64,000 nucleotides of DNA from a bacterium (GTDB taxonomy: Bacteria; Methylomirabilota; Methylomirabilia; CAVQYV01). How positions within the stretch are numbered: the stretch's first letter is position 1; every line of letters starts with the position of its first letter. A model generated the notes under the pieces. It saw only the letters and a list, made by a program, of their open reading frames with translations. It made no database searches and was not told where the DNA came from. Shown here piece by piece: positions 1 through 9,240 of the stretch. Made by a program: the position numbers and the translations under genes. The stretch spans positions 2,656-66,655 of the forward strand of contig JAZDMQ010000034.1 of assembly GCA_043800755.1 (NCBI GenBank), written 5' to 3'.

Positions 1-188
1 TTACCCATCTGCCCATGGGGAAGCCCTACCGTTTCCCCAGAGGCTTGAAGCAGGGTGTGGGGGTAGCGTCCCCAGAGCTCATCCATGTTGGGAGTTTTCG
101 CCAGGGCGATGGCATTGCCCTCCTGGCGCGGGTTGATTCCCCAACCATCGAGTACGATCACCAGAATGGGAGACAGGGAAGAAGACAT
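1..188 (-). CDS. gpmI: 2,3-bisphosphoglycerate-independent phosphoglycerate mutase, N-terminal fragment (gene runs off left edge)
   Basis: Reverse-complement of 1..188 translates to MSSSLSPILVIVLDGWGINPRQEGNAIALAKTPNMDELWGRYPHTLLQASGETVGLPHGQMGN, the conserved iPGM N-terminus (LDGWG, GLPxGQMGNSEVGH). ATG at 188. Confidence 0.7.
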   Translation of the reverse strand, partial: MSSSLSPILVIVLDGWGINPRQEGNAIALAKTPNMDELWGRYPHTLLQASGETVGLPHGQMG

Positions 189-193
189 AGGGG

Positions 194-1543
194 TCAAAAG
201 CGAATGGGGCTCTGCAAAGTTGAGGGTTCTGAGGGTCTGACCAAGGTGCGCAGTTCGTCGGAGAGGCTATTCCACTCTCCACAACTGGAACACCGGTCCT
301 GCCATTGAAGGGTCTTGGTTCCGCACTCGGAACAGCGATATTGAAACAGAGGGGGAGAGGGGGAGAGGGCTTCCTTGAGCTGCGCCAACGCCTCACCCCA
401 CCGCCGCCGGCGTTCGTAAATCTGGGCGAGCAGGAAATGGGGAAGGGCGAAGCCGGGAACCTCCCGGGTCAATATCTGAAATTGCCCCACTGCCTCGTCG
501 ATCATCTCCAGGCGATAGTAGAGCTTTCCCAGATGGAGGCGGAGCAAGAGGTCTTGAGGATAGCGCAGGATCCGTTGGTGATAAAAGGAGACCAGGCGCT
601 GGGGCTCTTCCCATTCCAGGTAAAGCCGCTCGATCCGCTCTAGGAAGACGCCGGAGCGAGTGATGTCAAAGGCCCGTTCCCAGACGCGAGCCGCCTTCCC
701 CTTGTGTCCACTCTGATAATAGGTCTCCCCCAATTGCAGATAGGCGGGAAGGAACCCCTTGTCCACTTTCACTACCTCCCGATAGATCTTGGCCGCCTCC
801 TTGAATTCCCCCTGAGCCAGCTTGGCGTTTCCAATCTCGTAGCGGCACCCGAGCAGGATCCGCCTCTGCGTCCCCGCCTTGGTCGCCTCCTCCGAGGATT
901 TCAAGAGATCCTGCTGCACCTCCAGGGCCTTATCCCACCTCCCCTGTTTGATGTATAAGCCCCGCAGCTTCTGTCGGGCAGCGAGATTTTCCTTGAATGC
1001 CTCCCTGATCCTCTCCAGGATCGTGATGGCCTCATCGGTCTGCCCCGCCCTCTCATAATCCGTCTCCAGGTCCATCAAGACCTCCAGATTGTCGGGATCC
1101 AAGTTCCTGGCCTTGAGGTGCAGGCGAATGGCCTCGTTATAATCTCCCTCCTGCAGCGAGATCTCCCCCAGCCGGAGGAAGGCCGGGATGTTGCCGGGAT
1201 CCCTCAACAGGATCTTGCGGAAGAATTGCCTCGCCTGGGCCCACCTCTTCCCCAGCAAAGACCTCATCCCTTCGTCGTAGATCTCCCTGATCTTCTTATT
1301 CTGCCGCAGATCGCGCGAGAGGCGATAGGAGGACAGGGTGCGTTGCAGATCGTAAATGGTCGCGAAGAGGAGGGTGATCAGGATTCCGGCCAGGAGGGGA
1401 ATGATCACCAGGACGGTCAGGGGCATTTCATAAATGCCCAAGGAGGAGAGATCGATGCTCACCAAGCCCCTGTTGTGGTGAGCAAAGAAGAGGATCAGCG
1501 AGCAGAGGACCAATATGGTAAAGAGGAAGAGACGCGGGAACAT
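194..1543 (-). CDS. lapB: TPR-repeat protein with N-terminal TM helix and C-terminal rubredoxin-like zinc ribbon (LapB/YciM-like)
   Basis: Long ORF 194..1612 with multiple TPR-like repeats. C-terminal CSECG..CSSCG zinc ribbon. Hydrophobic N-terminus MFPRLFLFTILVLCSLILFF. Internal Met at 1543 chosen to avoid overlap with the next gene. Confidence 0.55.
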   Translation of the reverse strand: MFPRLFLFTILVLCSLILFFAHHNRGLVSIDLSSLGIYEMPLTVLVIIPLLAGILITLLFATIYDLQRTLSSYRLSRDLRQNKKIREIYDEGMRSLLGKRWAQARQFFRKILLRDPGNIPAFLRLGEISLQEGDYNEAIRLHLKARNLDPDNLEVLMDLETDYERAGQTDEAITILERIREAFKENLAARQKLRGLYIKQGRWDKALEVQQDLLKSSEEATKAGTQRRILLGCRYEIGNAKLAQGEFKEAAKIYREVVKVDKGFLPAYLQLGETYYQSGHKGKAARVWERAFDITRSGVFLERIERLYLEWEEPQRLVSFYHQRILRYPQDLLLRLHLGKLYYRLEMIDEAVGQFQILTREVPGFALPHFLLAQIYERRRRWGEALAQLKEALSPSPPLFQYRCSECGTKTLQWQDRCSSCGEWNSLSDELRTLVRPSEPSTLQSPIRF

Positions 1544-1553
1544 GATCAGTTCC

Positions 1554-1913
1554 TTACCGGGGAGTCGCTCCTTCTTCTTCCTTCTCCTTACAGGCGATGC
1601 ACAACTGTGCAAAGGGGAGCGCCTCCAGGCGCTTCAGGAAAATGGGGCCCTTGCAGTGCTCACATTTGGCATAACTGCCTTTCTTGATCTTGTCCAGGGC
1701 GATATCGATCTGCTTCAATATCCTCCGCTCTTCATCGCCCACCGAAAGGAGAAACTCCTTGGTGTAGGCGGAAGAGGCCTGATCAGCGATGTCTTGAATC
1801 CCATCGCTTCCGGTCTCCATGCTGGAGCTGCTGCTGCTTTGGACCTCTTTAATCAGCTCCTTTCTTTTCTCCAACAACTTCTTGCGAAATCGTTCGAGTT
1901 GAGCGGTATTCAT
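1554..1913 (-). CDS. DksA/TraR-family C4-type zinc-finger protein
   Basis: 119 aa. Coiled-coil N-terminal half and C-terminal CEHCKGPIF...CIACK (CxxC-N17-CxxC) motif typical of DksA/TraR. Confidence 0.7.
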   Translation of the reverse strand: MNTAQLERFRKKLLEKRKELIKEVQSSSSSSMETGSDGIQDIADQASSAYTKEFLLSVGDEERRILKQIDIALDKIKKGSYAKCEHCKGPIFLKRLEALPFAQLCIACKEKEEEGATPR

Positions 1914-1961
1914 AGCACTTGACCTCCCATGAGATAGGGGCCGGTGAGAAACCCTTGCTTC

Positions 1962-2345
1962 CTAATGCGCTTCCTGACCAGCAGGCAAATCCTCCGAGGG
2001 GATGATGCACATACGGGGAGCGTCCCTCCAGAGACGTTCCAGGTCATAATAATCCCTCGTTTCCTCATCGAAGATATGGATAATGAGGTCGCCGTAATCC
2101 AACAAGATCCATTTCGCCTCCTCGTAGCCCTCTCGATGGTGGGGCCTAACCTTGGTTGCGGCCAGCCGCTCTTCTATCCGCTCGGCCAAGGCATGCACCT
2201 GGCGGGCAGTGGCAGCACTACAGATGAGGAATCGGTCCGTATAAGAGGAGATGCCCTTCAGGTCCAACATGACCAAGCTGTCGGGCTTGATCTCCAGCGC
2301 GGCAGAGATCGCCAGGCTCAACACCTCTTCATTTTCGATGTTCAT
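1962..2345 (-). CDS. rsfS: ribosomal silencing factor RsfS (Iojap)
   Basis: 127 aa with Iojap-like sequence (LDLKGISSYTDRFLICSAATARQVHALAERIEE...LLDYGDLIIHIF). Directly downstream of nadD, the conserved nadD-rsfS arrangement. Confidence 0.8.
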   Translation of the reverse strand: MNIENEEVLSLAISAALEIKPDSLVMLDLKGISSYTDRFLICSAATARQVHALAERIEERLAATKVRPHHREGYEEAKWILLDYGDLIIHIFDEETRDYYDLERLWRDAPRMCIIPSEDLPAGQEAH

Positions 2346-3121
2346 CTCCCCAATGAAGGCAATCTCCCCGGCTTCTGATTCGCCTTGGGGGGCTGGGGAA
2401 CCACCTCGGGATAGCCCCTGAGGTCTCCGGCCCCTCCCCCATGATTCTCCCGATAAAGTCGATTCTTGGCCACATAGGCGGCCACCGTGTCCGGCACCAG
2501 AAACCGAACGCTGCGCCCCTCTTCGACCAGTTGACGGATTTCAGTGGAGGAGATATCCAGGGAGACCACCTCCACCAGGAGGACCAGTCCTTTCCCAGGG
2601 GTCTTGATCTCCTCTTCAGAATCGATTTCCGAGATCTTGAGGTAGCGAAAACGCGGATTCCCCAGCTTTTCCAATTGTCTTGGCTTCAGAGACTTCTCCA
2701 CGTCGTCGAGGCGCCACCCGGGGCGGGCCGTGACAATGAACTGGACCGAGGTGAGAAGCTCTTTGGCATCCCTCCAGGTGGAGATCTCTAAGAAAGCATC
2801 CACCCCCACAATGAAATAGAGGACCGTATCCTTGCCATACATCTTCAGGAGCTCCTGCACCGTCTCTACCGAATACGATCTGCCCGGGCGATCGATCTCA
2901 ATCGAGGAGACCGAGAAGTAAGGGGTAAAAATGGTGGCTAGGGAGACCATCTCGTACCGGTGGAGGGCGGGGGCCACCTCGTTCTCATTCTTGTGCGGCG
3001 GGCAGGAGGAAGGGATGAAGATGATCTTGTCCAGATTGAAGGCCCAGTAGATCTCCTCCGCCGCCCGTAGATGACCTAAGTGAATGGGATCAAAAGTTCC
3101 CCCCATGATGCCGACGCGCAT
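2342..3121 (-). CDS. nadD: nicotinate-nucleotide adenylyltransferase
   Basis: MRVGIMGGTFDPIHLGH (HxGH nucleotidyltransferase motif), ...ISSTEIR. 4-nt overlap with rsfS. Confidence 0.8.
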   Translation of the reverse strand: MRVGIMGGTFDPIHLGHLRAAEEIYWAFNLDKIIFIPSSCPPHKNENEVAPALHRYEMVSLATIFTPYFSVSSIEIDRPGRSYSVETVQELLKMYGKDTVLYFIVGVDAFLEISTWRDAKELLTSVQFIVTARPGWRLDDVEKSLKPRQLEKLGNPRFRYLKISEIDSEEEIKTPGKGLVLLVEVVSLDISSTEIRQLVEEGRSVRFLVPDTVAAYVAKNRLYRENHGGGAGDLRGYPEVVPQPPKANQKPGRLPSLGR

Positions 3122-3309
3122 GCAACCTCCTTTTCTGGCCGAGCAGGTCCCTCCGCGAGCTATTCTGCTATATTAGCACAAAACGCGGCAGAAATGCACC
3201 AACAGGACTAATAGGCAACTGGCGCTGGGTTTGCCAGCCTACCCGTAGCGTTCCCGGCTCCCCAGGAAGCAAAGGGAAGTCTTCTTCCCCCGGGGCGAGG
3301 AGAGGGTCA

Positions 3310-4572
3310 TTACTGCGACCTTCGAACCTGCCCTTGTCCCAAGACGACAAACTTCGTGCAAGTCAATTCCCGCAGTCCCATGGGCCCCCGGGCATGCAAC
3401 TTCTGGGTGCTGATCCCGATCTCTGCCCCCATGCCGAACTCTCCTCCATCGGCAAACCGGGTGGAGGCATTGACAAAGACCGAGGACGCGTCCACCTCCT
3501 GCAGGAACCTCATGGCCCGGGAATAATTCTCGGTGATGATGGCCTCGGCCAGGCCAGAGCCATGGCGGGCAATATGATCCAGTGCCTCCTCCATATCCGC
3601 CACCACCCGAACCGAGAGGATGAGATCCAGGTATTCCGTATTCCAATCTTCCTCCGAGGCCTTCTTCATGGAGGGCCAGAGGGCGAGGGATTTGGGGCAT
3701 CCGCGCAGCTCGACACCGGCTTGCTCCAGTTGAGCGGCCACGGCGGGAAGAAAAGTGGGGGCAATCTTCTCGTGAATAAGGAGTGTTTCCATAGCATTGC
3801 AGACTCCGGGCCGCTCCACCTTGGCGTTGAAGGCAATCTCCTCCGCCATGGCCGGTTTGGCATCCTCATCCACATAGATATGGCAAAGTCCCTTTTCGTG
3901 CCGAATCACCGGGATCTGAGAATTCTCCACCACGAAGCGAATCAGTTCAGGTCCCCCCCGGGGGATAAGGACATCAATGAGCTGGGGAAGTCGAAGCAGC
4001 TCTAAGACGGCCGCTCGATTTGGGTTTTCCACCAAGCTGATGCAGTGTTCGGGGAGATCTGCCCGCGAGGCTTCCCTGACCAGAGTCTGGGCAATGGCCA
4101 TGTTCGAGGAGAGCGCCTCCTTCCCTCCCCGCAAGATGACCGCGTTGCCCGCCTTGAGGCAAAGCCCAGCGGCATCAGCGGTCACCGAGGGGCGGGATTC
4201 GTAAATCACCCCCACGACCCCCAAAGGCACGCGCATGCGTCCCACCCTCAGGCCATTGGGACGGACCTCCATGCCCGTCACCTCTCCCACTGGATCAGGC
4301 AATCCGGCGATCTGCTCCAACGTATTCGCCATCGCCCGGATCCGTTCGGAATTTAAGGTCAGCCGGTCCAGGAAGGCACCGGTGTAGCCAGCTCCCTCGG
4401 CTGCCTTCAGATCCTGACGGTTGGCCTTCTTGATGACATCCTCTTCCGCCAGCAAGGCCCTGGCCATTCCCTTCAAGGCTCGATTCTTCTGGTCAGAGGA
4501 AGATCTGGCCAGCCGCCTCGAGGCCGATTTAGCGCCCTCCGCCTTCTTTCTCACCTCCTGGGCTAGGGTCAA
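3310..4572 (-). CDS. proA: gamma-glutamyl phosphate reductase
   Basis: 420 aa, aldehyde-dehydrogenase fold with the ProA pattern (VIYESRPSVTADAAGLCLKAGNAVILRGG...). Overlaps proB stop by 4 nt. Confidence 0.9.
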   Translation of the reverse strand: MTLAQEVRKKAEGAKSASRRLARSSSDQKNRALKGMARALLAEEDVIKKANRQDLKAAEGAGYTGAFLDRLTLNSERIRAMANTLEQIAGLPDPVGEVTGMEVRPNGLRVGRMRVPLGVVGVIYESRPSVTADAAGLCLKAGNAVILRGGKEALSSNMAIAQTLVREASRADLPEHCISLVENPNRAAVLELLRLPQLIDVLIPRGGPELIRFVVENSQIPVIRHEKGLCHIYVDEDAKPAMAEEIAFNAKVERPGVCNAMETLLIHEKIAPTFLPAVAAQLEQAGVELRGCPKSLALWPSMKKASEEDWNTEYLDLILSVRVVADMEEALDHIARHGSGLAEAIITENYSRAMRFLQEVDASSVFVNASTRFADGGEFGMGAEIGISTQKLHARGPMGLRELTCTKFVVLGQGQVRRSQ

Positions 4573-5732
4573 ATTCTCCTCTCCATGAGCGCTAGATTGT
4601 CGCGATGGATGACCTCATCCGAATGTTTATACCCCAAGACCTTCTCAATCTGGCCGCTGCGACAGCCCTTGATGCGATTGACCTCCTCAATCCCGTAATT
4701 GACCAGGCCTTTGGCAAACTCCAGCCTCTCTTCGTCCAGGAGGGTCACCACATCACCCGCTCGGAAATCCCCCCAGGCGTCCAGGATGCCTGAGGGAAGT
4801 AGGCTCTTCCCCTTCCGGATCAGGGCGGATTTGGCCCCGTTGTCCACGGCGATCATCCCCTGGGAGTGGGTGGCGAAGGCCAACCAACGCTTCCGGCTTG
4901 CCATCCGGTCCGGCTCCGGCAGAAACAGGGTGCCCACAGCCTTGCCCGTCATGATCTGTCCCAGGATCCCCTCCACCCTCCCGTTGGCCACAATGGTTGG
5001 AATGCCGGAGGAGGTGGCCACCTTCGCGGCCAGGAGCTTGGAATTCATCCCACCCACCCCCATTCCGCTGCTCGAATCCTTCGCCCACAGCTTAATATCC
5101 GATGTGATCTCCGGGACCAGGGAGATGAGACGGGCGCGTCGACTCTTTCGGGGGTCGGCGGTAAAGAGGCCGTCCATATCGGTAAGGATGATGAGGAGAT
5201 CGGCGTCCACCAGATTAGCCACCAGGGCTGAGATCTGGTCGTTGTCTCCAAACCGGATCTCCTCTACCGCCACCGTATCATTCTCGTTGACAATGGGGAT
5301 TACCCCCAGGTGGAGCAGGGAGATGAGGGTATTGCGGGCGTTCAAATAACGAGAGCGATCTCGCACATCGTCCTGGGTGAGGAGCACCTGGGCTACCATC
5401 TGCCCTTGAAACTGAAAGGCCTCCTGATAAGCCCACATCAAACGACTCTGGCCGATGGCCGCGGCGGCTTGCTTGGAGGGAATATCCTTGGGCCTTTCCT
5501 TCCACTTGAGCTGGCTCAACCCCGCCAGAATCGCACCGGAAGAGACCAGTATCACCTCCAGACCCTTCTCTCTCAGGGAGGATAGCTCGGAGGCCAGATG
5601 GTGAATGCGGCAGGGATCTAAACGGGATTGCCCGGAGGAGAGCACGCTGGAGCCCACCTTGACCACTAATCTCCCGGTGGACCGGGCGATGTCCAATCTG
5701 GACTGGGTCTTTTCAGGTGCGTTGGCGTGCAT
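4569..5732 (-). CDS. proB: glutamate 5-kinase with C-terminal PUA domain
   Basis: RLVVKVGSSVL..., amino-acid kinase fold plus a PUA-like C-terminus. Start taken at the internal Met (MHANAPEK) that minimises overlap with obg. Longest ORF extends to 5807. Confidence 0.8.
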   Translation of the reverse strand: MHANAPEKTQSRLDIARSTGRLVVKVGSSVLSSGQSRLDPCRIHHLASELSSLREKGLEVILVSSGAILAGLSQLKWKERPKDIPSKQAAAAIGQSRLMWAYQEAFQFQGQMVAQVLLTQDDVRDRSRYLNARNTLISLLHLGVIPIVNENDTVAVEEIRFGDNDQISALVANLVDADLLIILTDMDGLFTADPRKSRRARLISLVPEITSDIKLWAKDSSSGMGVGGMNSKLLAAKVATSSGIPTIVANGRVEGILGQIMTGKAVGTLFLPEPDRMASRKRWLAFATHSQGMIAVDNGAKSALIRKGKSLLPSGILDAWGDFRAGDVVTLLDEERLEFAKGLVNYGIEEVNRIKGCRSGQIEKVLGYKHSDEVIHRDNLALMERRI

Positions 5733-6750
5733 CGCGGATGGGTCCACCTTGAACCTGACTTTGGAGAGTGGAATCCAGGTAAGAGACGAGGGGCTCCAGA
5801 CCCTCACGGGTCTTGGACGAGATAAAGAAGAGTGGGATTCCTTGCCTCCGGCAGAAATCCTCTAAGTGAGCGCGGGATGTGGGATCGCAGGGCAGGTCGA
5901 TCTTGTTGCCCGCGATCACCTGGGGCCGTTGCCCCAGCGCGGGATTATAGGAGGCAAGCTCCCCTTGCACGATCTGGTATGCGCGCAGGGGATCCTGGGA
6001 GGCCTCCTCGGATACATCAATCACCTGCAACAGAACTTTCGTGCGCTCGATATGGCGCAGAAACTGGTTTCCCAGTCCGGCCCCCGATGCAGCCCCTTCA
6101 ATGAGCCCGGGGATGTCGGCGAGCACAAAAAACCGGAGATCTTTTAGCCAGGCCACGCCCAGGTTAGGGACCAGGGTGGTGAAGGGATACGAGGCGATCT
6201 TGGGATGGGCAGAGGTGATGGCCGCCAACAGAGTGGACTTGCCCGAATTGGGCAGTCCGATGAGTCCAACCTCCGCGATCAGCCTCAATTCGAGCAGGAT
6301 ACTCCGACTTCCACCTTTTCCCCCCGGCTCCGCCATCCGGGGTGCCTGGCGGGCAGGGGTAGCGAAGTGGGCATTCCCACGTCCGCCCCTTCCTCCTCTG
6401 GCCACCAGAACCATTTGGTCGGCCTCGGTCAGATCTGCCAAGGCCTCACCGCTCTCCTCGTCTATGACCAGCGTGCCTCGAGGGACTTTAATGAAAAGGT
6501 CCTGACCGTCTTTTCCCTGCATGAGCTTTCCCTGCCCGTGGCCTCCTCTTTCTGCTTGATAGCGCTGGCGATATCGGGGGTCGATCAGGGTTTTATAGGA
6601 GGAATTCGCCTCCACATAGATGGAGCCACCCCTGCCTCCGTTGCCCCCGTTTGGGCCTCCCCGGGGAACTCCCCTCTCGCGGCGAAAACTGATGCAGCCA
6701 TTTCCCCCGTCCCCTGCTTTGATGAAAATCTTAGCCCGATCGACGAACAT
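5713..6750 (-). CDS. obg: GTPase Obg/CgtA
   Basis: MFVDRAKIFIKAGDGGNGCISFRRE... Obg fold. G-domain GLIGLPNSGKSTLL. Conserved obg-proB-proA linkage. Start at internal Met matching the canonical Obg N-terminus. Confidence 0.9.
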   Translation of the reverse strand: MFVDRAKIFIKAGDGGNGCISFRRERGVPRGGPNGGNGGRGGSIYVEANSSYKTLIDPRYRQRYQAERGGHGQGKLMQGKDGQDLFIKVPRGTLVIDEESGEALADLTEADQMVLVARGGRGGRGNAHFATPARQAPRMAEPGGKGGSRSILLELRLIAEVGLIGLPNSGKSTLLAAITSAHPKIASYPFTTLVPNLGVAWLKDLRFFVLADIPGLIEGAASGAGLGNQFLRHIERTKVLLQVIDVSEEASQDPLRAYQIVQGELASYNPALGQRPQVIAGNKIDLPCDPTSRAHLEDFCRRQGIPLFFISSKTREGLEPLVSYLDSTLQSQVQGGPIRDARQRT

Positions 6751-6888
6751 GGATAAACCAAGTTGAGCGAGCCTGGTGAAAACGGACCGCCAACGCAATC
6801 CCCCCGCCAACCTTCGGGATTGTAGGCGCAGGTAGCGATGGAAACCTTACAGTGAAAGTTCCCTCCAGCAAGCTCTGGGGGGAGTTTC

Positions 6889-6925
6889 AAAAAAAAAATC
6901 CCGCAAGGCCAGCGCTTCCTTACGG
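6889..6925 (-). terminator. intrinsic terminator downstream of rpmA
   Basis: Minus strand reads CCGTAAGG-aagcgctgg-CCTTGCGG followed by GATTTTTTTTTT (plus-strand A10 at 6889..6898). Confidence 0.5.
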
Positions 6926-6990
6926 TGAGACAACTACCAAAAGATCCCTGTGCCGATCGAGCGGAGATGGGAGCTACAGGTCGTTCCTCT

Positions 6991-7245
6991 TCAGGCGGCG
7001 ACGATGCTCACGAAACGGCCCCATTTGCCTCTTCTCTCCACCACTACGGAACCCTCTGTCTTGGCGAAGAGGGTATCATCCTTCCCTCTGCCCACATTCT
7101 TCCCTGGCTTGAGCTTGGTCCCCCGCTGCCGCACCAGGATGCTGCCCGCCGAGACCGTTTGGCCGGAGAAGGCTTTCATCCCCAGCCTTTGGGAATGACT
7201 GTCCCGTCCATTGCGGGAGCTGCCTACGCCCTTCTTGTGTGCCAT
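6991..7245 (-). CDS. rpmA: 50S ribosomal protein L27
   Basis: [52 protein letters not shown]..., canonical L27. Confidence 0.9.
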   Translation of the reverse strand: MAHKKGVGSSRNGRDSHSQRLGMKAFSGQTVSAGSILVRQRGTKLKPGKNVGRGKDDTLFAKTEGSVVVERRGKWGRFVSIVAA

Positions 7246-7263
7246 GGTTGCTCTCCTTGCTTC

Positions 7264-7578
7264 CTATCCCAGGAGGATCTCTCTGATCCGCAGGCAGGTC
7301 AGCGACTGGCGATGTCCCTGCCGACAGCGGTATTTTTTCCTCCGGCGAAACTTGAAGACAATGATCTTTTTGGCCTTCCTCTGTTCGGTGATCTCCGAGA
7401 CCACCCTGGCCCCGGGGATGGTGGGATGACCGACCTTGGTCTCCTTCCCATCGAAAAGGAGGAGCACCCGGTCCAGGTGGACCACTTCTCCTACCTCTCC
7501 GCCCACCTTCTCTACCTCCAGCAATTGGCCAGGAGAGACATAGTATTGCTTCGATCCTGATTCCACGATGGCATACAC
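7264..7578 (-). CDS. rplU: 50S ribosomal protein L21
   Basis: VYAIVESGSKQYYVSPGQLLEVEK... L21. GTG start at 7578 preceded by GGAGG. The longer ORF to 7653 would overlap rng. Confidence 0.85.
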   Translation of the reverse strand: MYAIVESGSKQYYVSPGQLLEVEKVGGEVGEVVHLDRVLLLFDGKETKVGHPTIPGARVVSEITEQRKAKKIIVFKFRRRKKYRCRQGHRQSLTCLRIREILLG

Positions 7579-7649
7579 CCTTTTTTCCTCCAAATCAAGG
7601 TAGTAAAAGATAGATTGGCGTTGGAAATTAGCACAATAAGTCCAGCATG

Positions 7650-9200
7650 TCAATCTTTACCTTTGGTTTTTTCTAACTCGATCATCTGGTACATCCTGTC
7701 GGCCATCGATTCCTGGGGGGAGAGGACGATGTCCCCCCCATAATTGGCCTGAAGGCTGGCAATGAGCTCGGCCTCCTCCGCCCTGAGCCACTCGACGATG
7801 TCCGGGTGGGCCTTAATGGTAATCTTGCGGGCATGATTTCGCGACATCTCCCACTCCACCTCGCGAAGAATATGGGCGGCGATGCTCTGCAGGGACCTCA
7901 GCCATCCGGTGCCATTACAGGTAGGACAGGGGATGCCCATATGCATGCTCATGGCAGGGCGTACCCTTTTCCTGGTCATCTCCACCAGGCCCAACTCGTT
8001 GAGGAAAAGGACATTAGTGGGAGATCGATCTGACCTGAGGACATCCTTCAGCCCCTCCACCACCCTCTCTCGATTCTCCTGCTTCGCCATATCGATGAAA
8101 TCGATGATGATAATTCCACCCAGGTCCCGGAGCCTCACCTGGCGTGCAATCTCCCGAGAGGCCTCTAGGTTCGTTTTCAGCACCGTCTCCTCGAAGTCCT
8201 GTTTTCCCACATATTTGCCTGTGTTCACATCGATGGAGACCAGGGCTTCGGTCTCCTCGATGATGATGTAACCGCCAGATTTGAGCCAGACCCTGCGTCG
8301 GAGGGCCTTCTCGATCTCCTTCTCGATCCCGAAGGATTTGAAGATGGGCACCTCCTCCGTGTAAAGAAACAGGCGGGATTTCAACTCCGGCTGCAGGGAA
8401 TCCACATATTCCAGGCACCTCTCGTATTCGGCGGGCGAATCGATGATCAGGTGGGACACCTCCTCGCTGAAGATATCCCGGATGACCCGGAAGATGAGGT
8501 CGAGGTCCTGATGCACCGAGGAAGGAGCGGAGAGCCTCTCCGCTTTCAAGCGGATGCGCTGCCAGAGGTTGCGGAGGAAATCCAGGTCCGCTTGGAATTC
8601 CGGCTCTCCTTTTCCGATGCCCACCGTGCGCACAATGAGCCCTTCCCCCCCCGGGTTGATCCTCTCGATGATGTGGCGCAGCCTGGTCCTCTCTTCCTCA
8701 TCTGAGATCTTGCGGGAGACCCCGATCTGGTAATCCATGGGCATATAGACCAGGTAGCGACCGGGAAGGGTGATGTGGGAAGTGATCCGCGCCCCCTTGG
8801 TCCCCAAAGGCTCCCGGGCCACTTGCACCAGGATCTCCTGTCCCTCCTGCAGGAGTTCCTCGATGGAGGGATAGCTCTTCTTGGCTGGGGGACGGCGGGG
8901 GATGACCTCCTCTTCTTCGGCCAGGGAGGCCTCCGGGTCTATCAAGGAGAGGAGCCTTTCGTACTCTTCCAGATCCTCATAGACATCCCGGACATAGAGA
9001 AAGGCGTCCTTGCTGAGGCCTATATCGACGAAGGCGGCCTGCATCCCCGGAAGAATCTTCAACACTCGGCCCTTATAGATGTTGCCGGCAATGCCCCGGC
9101 TCTTGGCGTTCTCGAAGAGATACTCCACCGGTGCGCCGTCCTCCAGGACGGCGACCCTCGTGTCAACCAAGGAGGCATTGATGATAATCTCGCGTTTCAT
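7650..9200 (-). CDS. rng: ribonuclease G/E family endoribonuclease
   Basis: S1 domain start MKREIIINASLVDTRVAVLEDG..., RNase E/G catalytic core, DNase-I-like and Zn-link (CPTCNGTG) regions. Confidence 0.8.
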   Translation of the reverse strand: MKREIIINASLVDTRVAVLEDGAPVEYLFENAKSRGIAGNIYKGRVLKILPGMQAAFVDIGLSKDAFLYVRDVYEDLEEYERLLSLIDPEASLAEEEEVIPRRPPAKKSYPSIEELLQEGQEILVQVAREPLGTKGARITSHITLPGRYLVYMPMDYQIGVSRKISDEEERTRLRHIIERINPGGEGLIVRTVGIGKGEPEFQADLDFLRNLWQRIRLKAERLSAPSSVHQDLDLIFRVIRDIFSEEVSHLIIDSPAEYERCLEYVDSLQPELKSRLFLYTEEVPIFKSFGIEKEIEKALRRRVWLKSGGYIIIEETEALVSIDVNTGKYVGKQDFEETVLKTNLEASREIARQVRLRDLGGIIIIDFIDMAKQENRERVVEGLKDVLRSDRSPTNVLFLNELGLVEMTRKRVRPAMSMHMGIPCPTCNGTGWLRSLQSIAAHILREVEWEMSRNHARKITIKAHPDIVEWLRAEEAELIASLQANYGGDIVLSPQESMADRMYQMIELEKTKGKD

Positions 9201-9240
9201 GGACAGTATGAAAACCTGGGTGGACTTCCCCGGTGACAAG

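Noticed and set aside
15-308. Plus-strand ORF 15..308 (97 aa) at the left edge
   Set aside because: It is antisense to the clear gpmI N-terminal coding sequence on the minus strand. High-GC antisense frames are routinely open.
194-1913. 59-nt overlap between track ORFs 194..1612 and 1554..1913
   Set aside because: Resolved by using the internal Met at 1543 for the TPR protein. The hydrophobic N-terminus begins there, and the upstream extension (MHSCASPVRRRKKKERLPGKELI) is antisense-like, basic junk.
3334-5349. Plus-strand ORFs antisense to proA/proB (3334..4005, 4699..5349, and others)
   Set aside because: They lie entirely inside strongly supported proA/proB genes on the opposite strand. 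No motifs.
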